Both the position numbers and the translations under genes were made by a program. This document shows positions 62,162 through 64,000 of a stretch of 64,000 bases of DNA, one piece after another. The DNA is taken from the NCBI GenBank assembly GCA_040285855.1, contig JAUFOQ010000002.1:1674001-1738000 (forward strand), written 5' to 3'. The notes below the pieces were generated by a model. That model was not told the origin of the DNA. It saw only the letters and a program-made list of their open reading frames with translations, and did no database searches. Position 1 is the stretch's first letter; every line of letters starts with the position of its first letter. The stretch comes from Eukaryota sp. GEM-RC1 (Eukaryota).

Positions 62162-63042
62162 CAGTAAACTCTCTCTAATTGAAACGACATGGTGAATGGA
62201 GTTTCGTTTCAATCTACAGAGAGTTTTCAATTACAGAGAGTTCCTATAAAGCTACCCTAAACTAAATACAACATCCATATTTATTCCAGAGCATCAAATA
62301 TGTTATTAATTAGTCTGCAAGAGCAAATTAACAAGTCTCATCCACAATACAACTACCATGAATGCTCGGACTTAAACAAATGTTATTATCTTGACTCAAA
62401 TTAATCATCCCGCTTTTTGAAAATACTTTTACTTACTATCGACAGTACTCGTTATACAATGGTACATAGTAACTGTTTTGTTGATATTTCGTAAGGGTGA
62501 CAAAAAAATGAACCAATGTTTCTTCCTCTTTACCCCAAGCACTACTGGAGGATCTATCATCACTTGATTTAGAGCAGTGAAGTCATTAAACTAATGTATT
62601 TCAACACGATTGGAGAAAATTCTCAAACAATGATTCAGTTCCTTTTTTTGACGAAAGATGCTGCAGTTTCAGTTTCTGTGTTTTCATCATCTTCAAAATA
62701 TTGACGAGCATGCATTTGTATTTGACTTTTGGTTGATGTTCAGTACTGTGTACGGTATATTGAAGTTGATGATGGGAAAAACCAGAAGATGACTGTAGGA
62801 TTTATGAAACACAACAACGTCTTCCTCTTTCTCCACACTAACATCAATATATGGCAGCTAGCTATAGATGCGACAACCAGAATACAGTATAAAGTTGACT
62901 TCAATGTTTCAATTAGGTCTCAAAAACTGTTGCAATTGTTTCCAATTTTCAATTTGGTATTGTTTTACTCGGTGGCATGGGTTTTTGTTGCAATTTCAGA
63001 GAGTTTTCAATTACAGGGGTTGCAATTTGAGAGAGTTTACTG
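62162..63042. mobile_element. Tc1/mariner-pogo-type element
   Basis: TIR CAGTAAACTCTCTC with TA flanks; TTCAATTACAGAGAG subterminal repeats. Confidence 0.88.
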
Positions 63043-63072
63043 TAGTATATTTCTCAGCACAATTAAGATTAC

Positions 63073-64000
63073 ATGAGTTTTTCAACTTACAACCACAATC
63101 ACAACGGCAATAAAACACAAATACTGATACAGACTTTTAGTATAAACCATTGACACTGACTTAATCGACGCCACATTGGGCATAATCATACAATTACGAT
63201 GAGAAGGCTTACTTTTTGAATCCAAATTTTCATGCAAAGCTGAACAACATGGTACAAGTTGGCTATACAACATCCAACAATGTACCATTAATGATTCAGA
63301 TCACTCTATAAGCCGTTCTGGCATTGCTTGTTACTTCGTCTCTGCCAAAGGCTCTACTTTTCATATCAATATTCCCTTCCAACCTTATTTCTACGTTGAA
63401 GTAGACTGTCAGAATAACTATCACCCATCCCAAGGCTCTCTAGCTGAAGTAGAATCTCTTATTCGAAAAAGAGCCGAAGGTGTTTCTTCCATTGAAGTAG
63501 TCCAAAAGGAGGACCTTGACAAACCCAATCATCTTGTACAAGGACCTGCTACTTTCCTCAAAGTTTCTTTCAACAATGTCACTGAATACGGTACCGCCGT
63601 AAAAGAAGTTCAAAAACTCGCCAGAGATGAATACCTCCACCTTACAAAATCTTCTAAACATATCAAACGTCTTCGTGAATTCGACATTCCCCTCGCAATG
63701 AGAGCTACCATTGACCTGGGCATCAGAGTTGGGTTTTGGTATGACATCTCTTATCTCCTGAACATACCAAAGCTTACTCTAAGAGAGGATTTGGTAGAAA
63801 GAGCCCAACTAAGGATTCTTGCTTATGATATTGAGACTACTAAACAACCTTTAAAGTTTCCTGATGTGAAAAGTGATGTGATTATGATGATCTCTTATAT
63901 GATTGATGGTCATGGGTATCTAATCACTAATAGAGAAGTTGTCGGTGATGACGTGGATGATTTTGAGTTCTCTCCAACAGCTGAATATACAGGATTTTTT
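63073..64000 (+). CDS. POL2: DNA polymerase epsilon catalytic subunit, 5' part (first ~200 nt frame-disrupted; start approximate)
   Basis: WLYNI, PFQPYFY, KEDLDKPNHL, REFDIP, ILAYDIETTKQPLKFPD..IMMISYMIDG.GYLITNREVV. Confidence 0.93.

Noticed and set aside
985..63661. Numerous short antisense or overlapping ORFs in the ORF track
   Set aside because: Shadows of real genes or of low-complexity TE arrays, often with non-ATG starts
1..64000. Alternative genetic code (stop reassignment)
   Set aside because: TAA, TAG and TGA all end intact genes; broken genes need frame changes, not readthrough

Overview
AT-rich, compact eukaryotic (protist-like; the tiny introns, very short intergenic spacers and expanded RNI-like LRR family suggest a metamonad-type genome, which is inference only) genomic window. 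About 25 protein genes alternate with transposon-dense islands. Recognisable genes: mid-SUN protein, NECAP, eIF1A, two saposin-like proteins, a SNF1/CIPK-type kinase, a dual-specificity phosphatase, cathepsin Z, an RluA-type pseudouridine synthase, RBX1, QNG1, taxilin, caprin-like, Ska1, and the start of POL2. There are three tRNA-Ser(GCU) genes. The islands hold one near-complete hAT transposon, about ten non-autonomous hAT elements with readable 8-bp TSDs (nested up to three deep), four TA-flanked Tc1/mariner-pogo-type MITEs, and many decayed RLE-type (CRE-like) non-LTR retroelements. Highlights: (1) six 26-29 nt introns with an A fixed at -7, one of which appears to end in CG rather than AG; (2) a very divergent Ufm1-like protein lacking the C-terminal Gly, whose ATG is 5 bp from the ATG of a divergent gene; (3) family-specific subterminal motif arrays on the hAT elements. 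Many host genes carry single-base frameshifts at homopolymers, in both directions; these are most likely long-read assembly errors.
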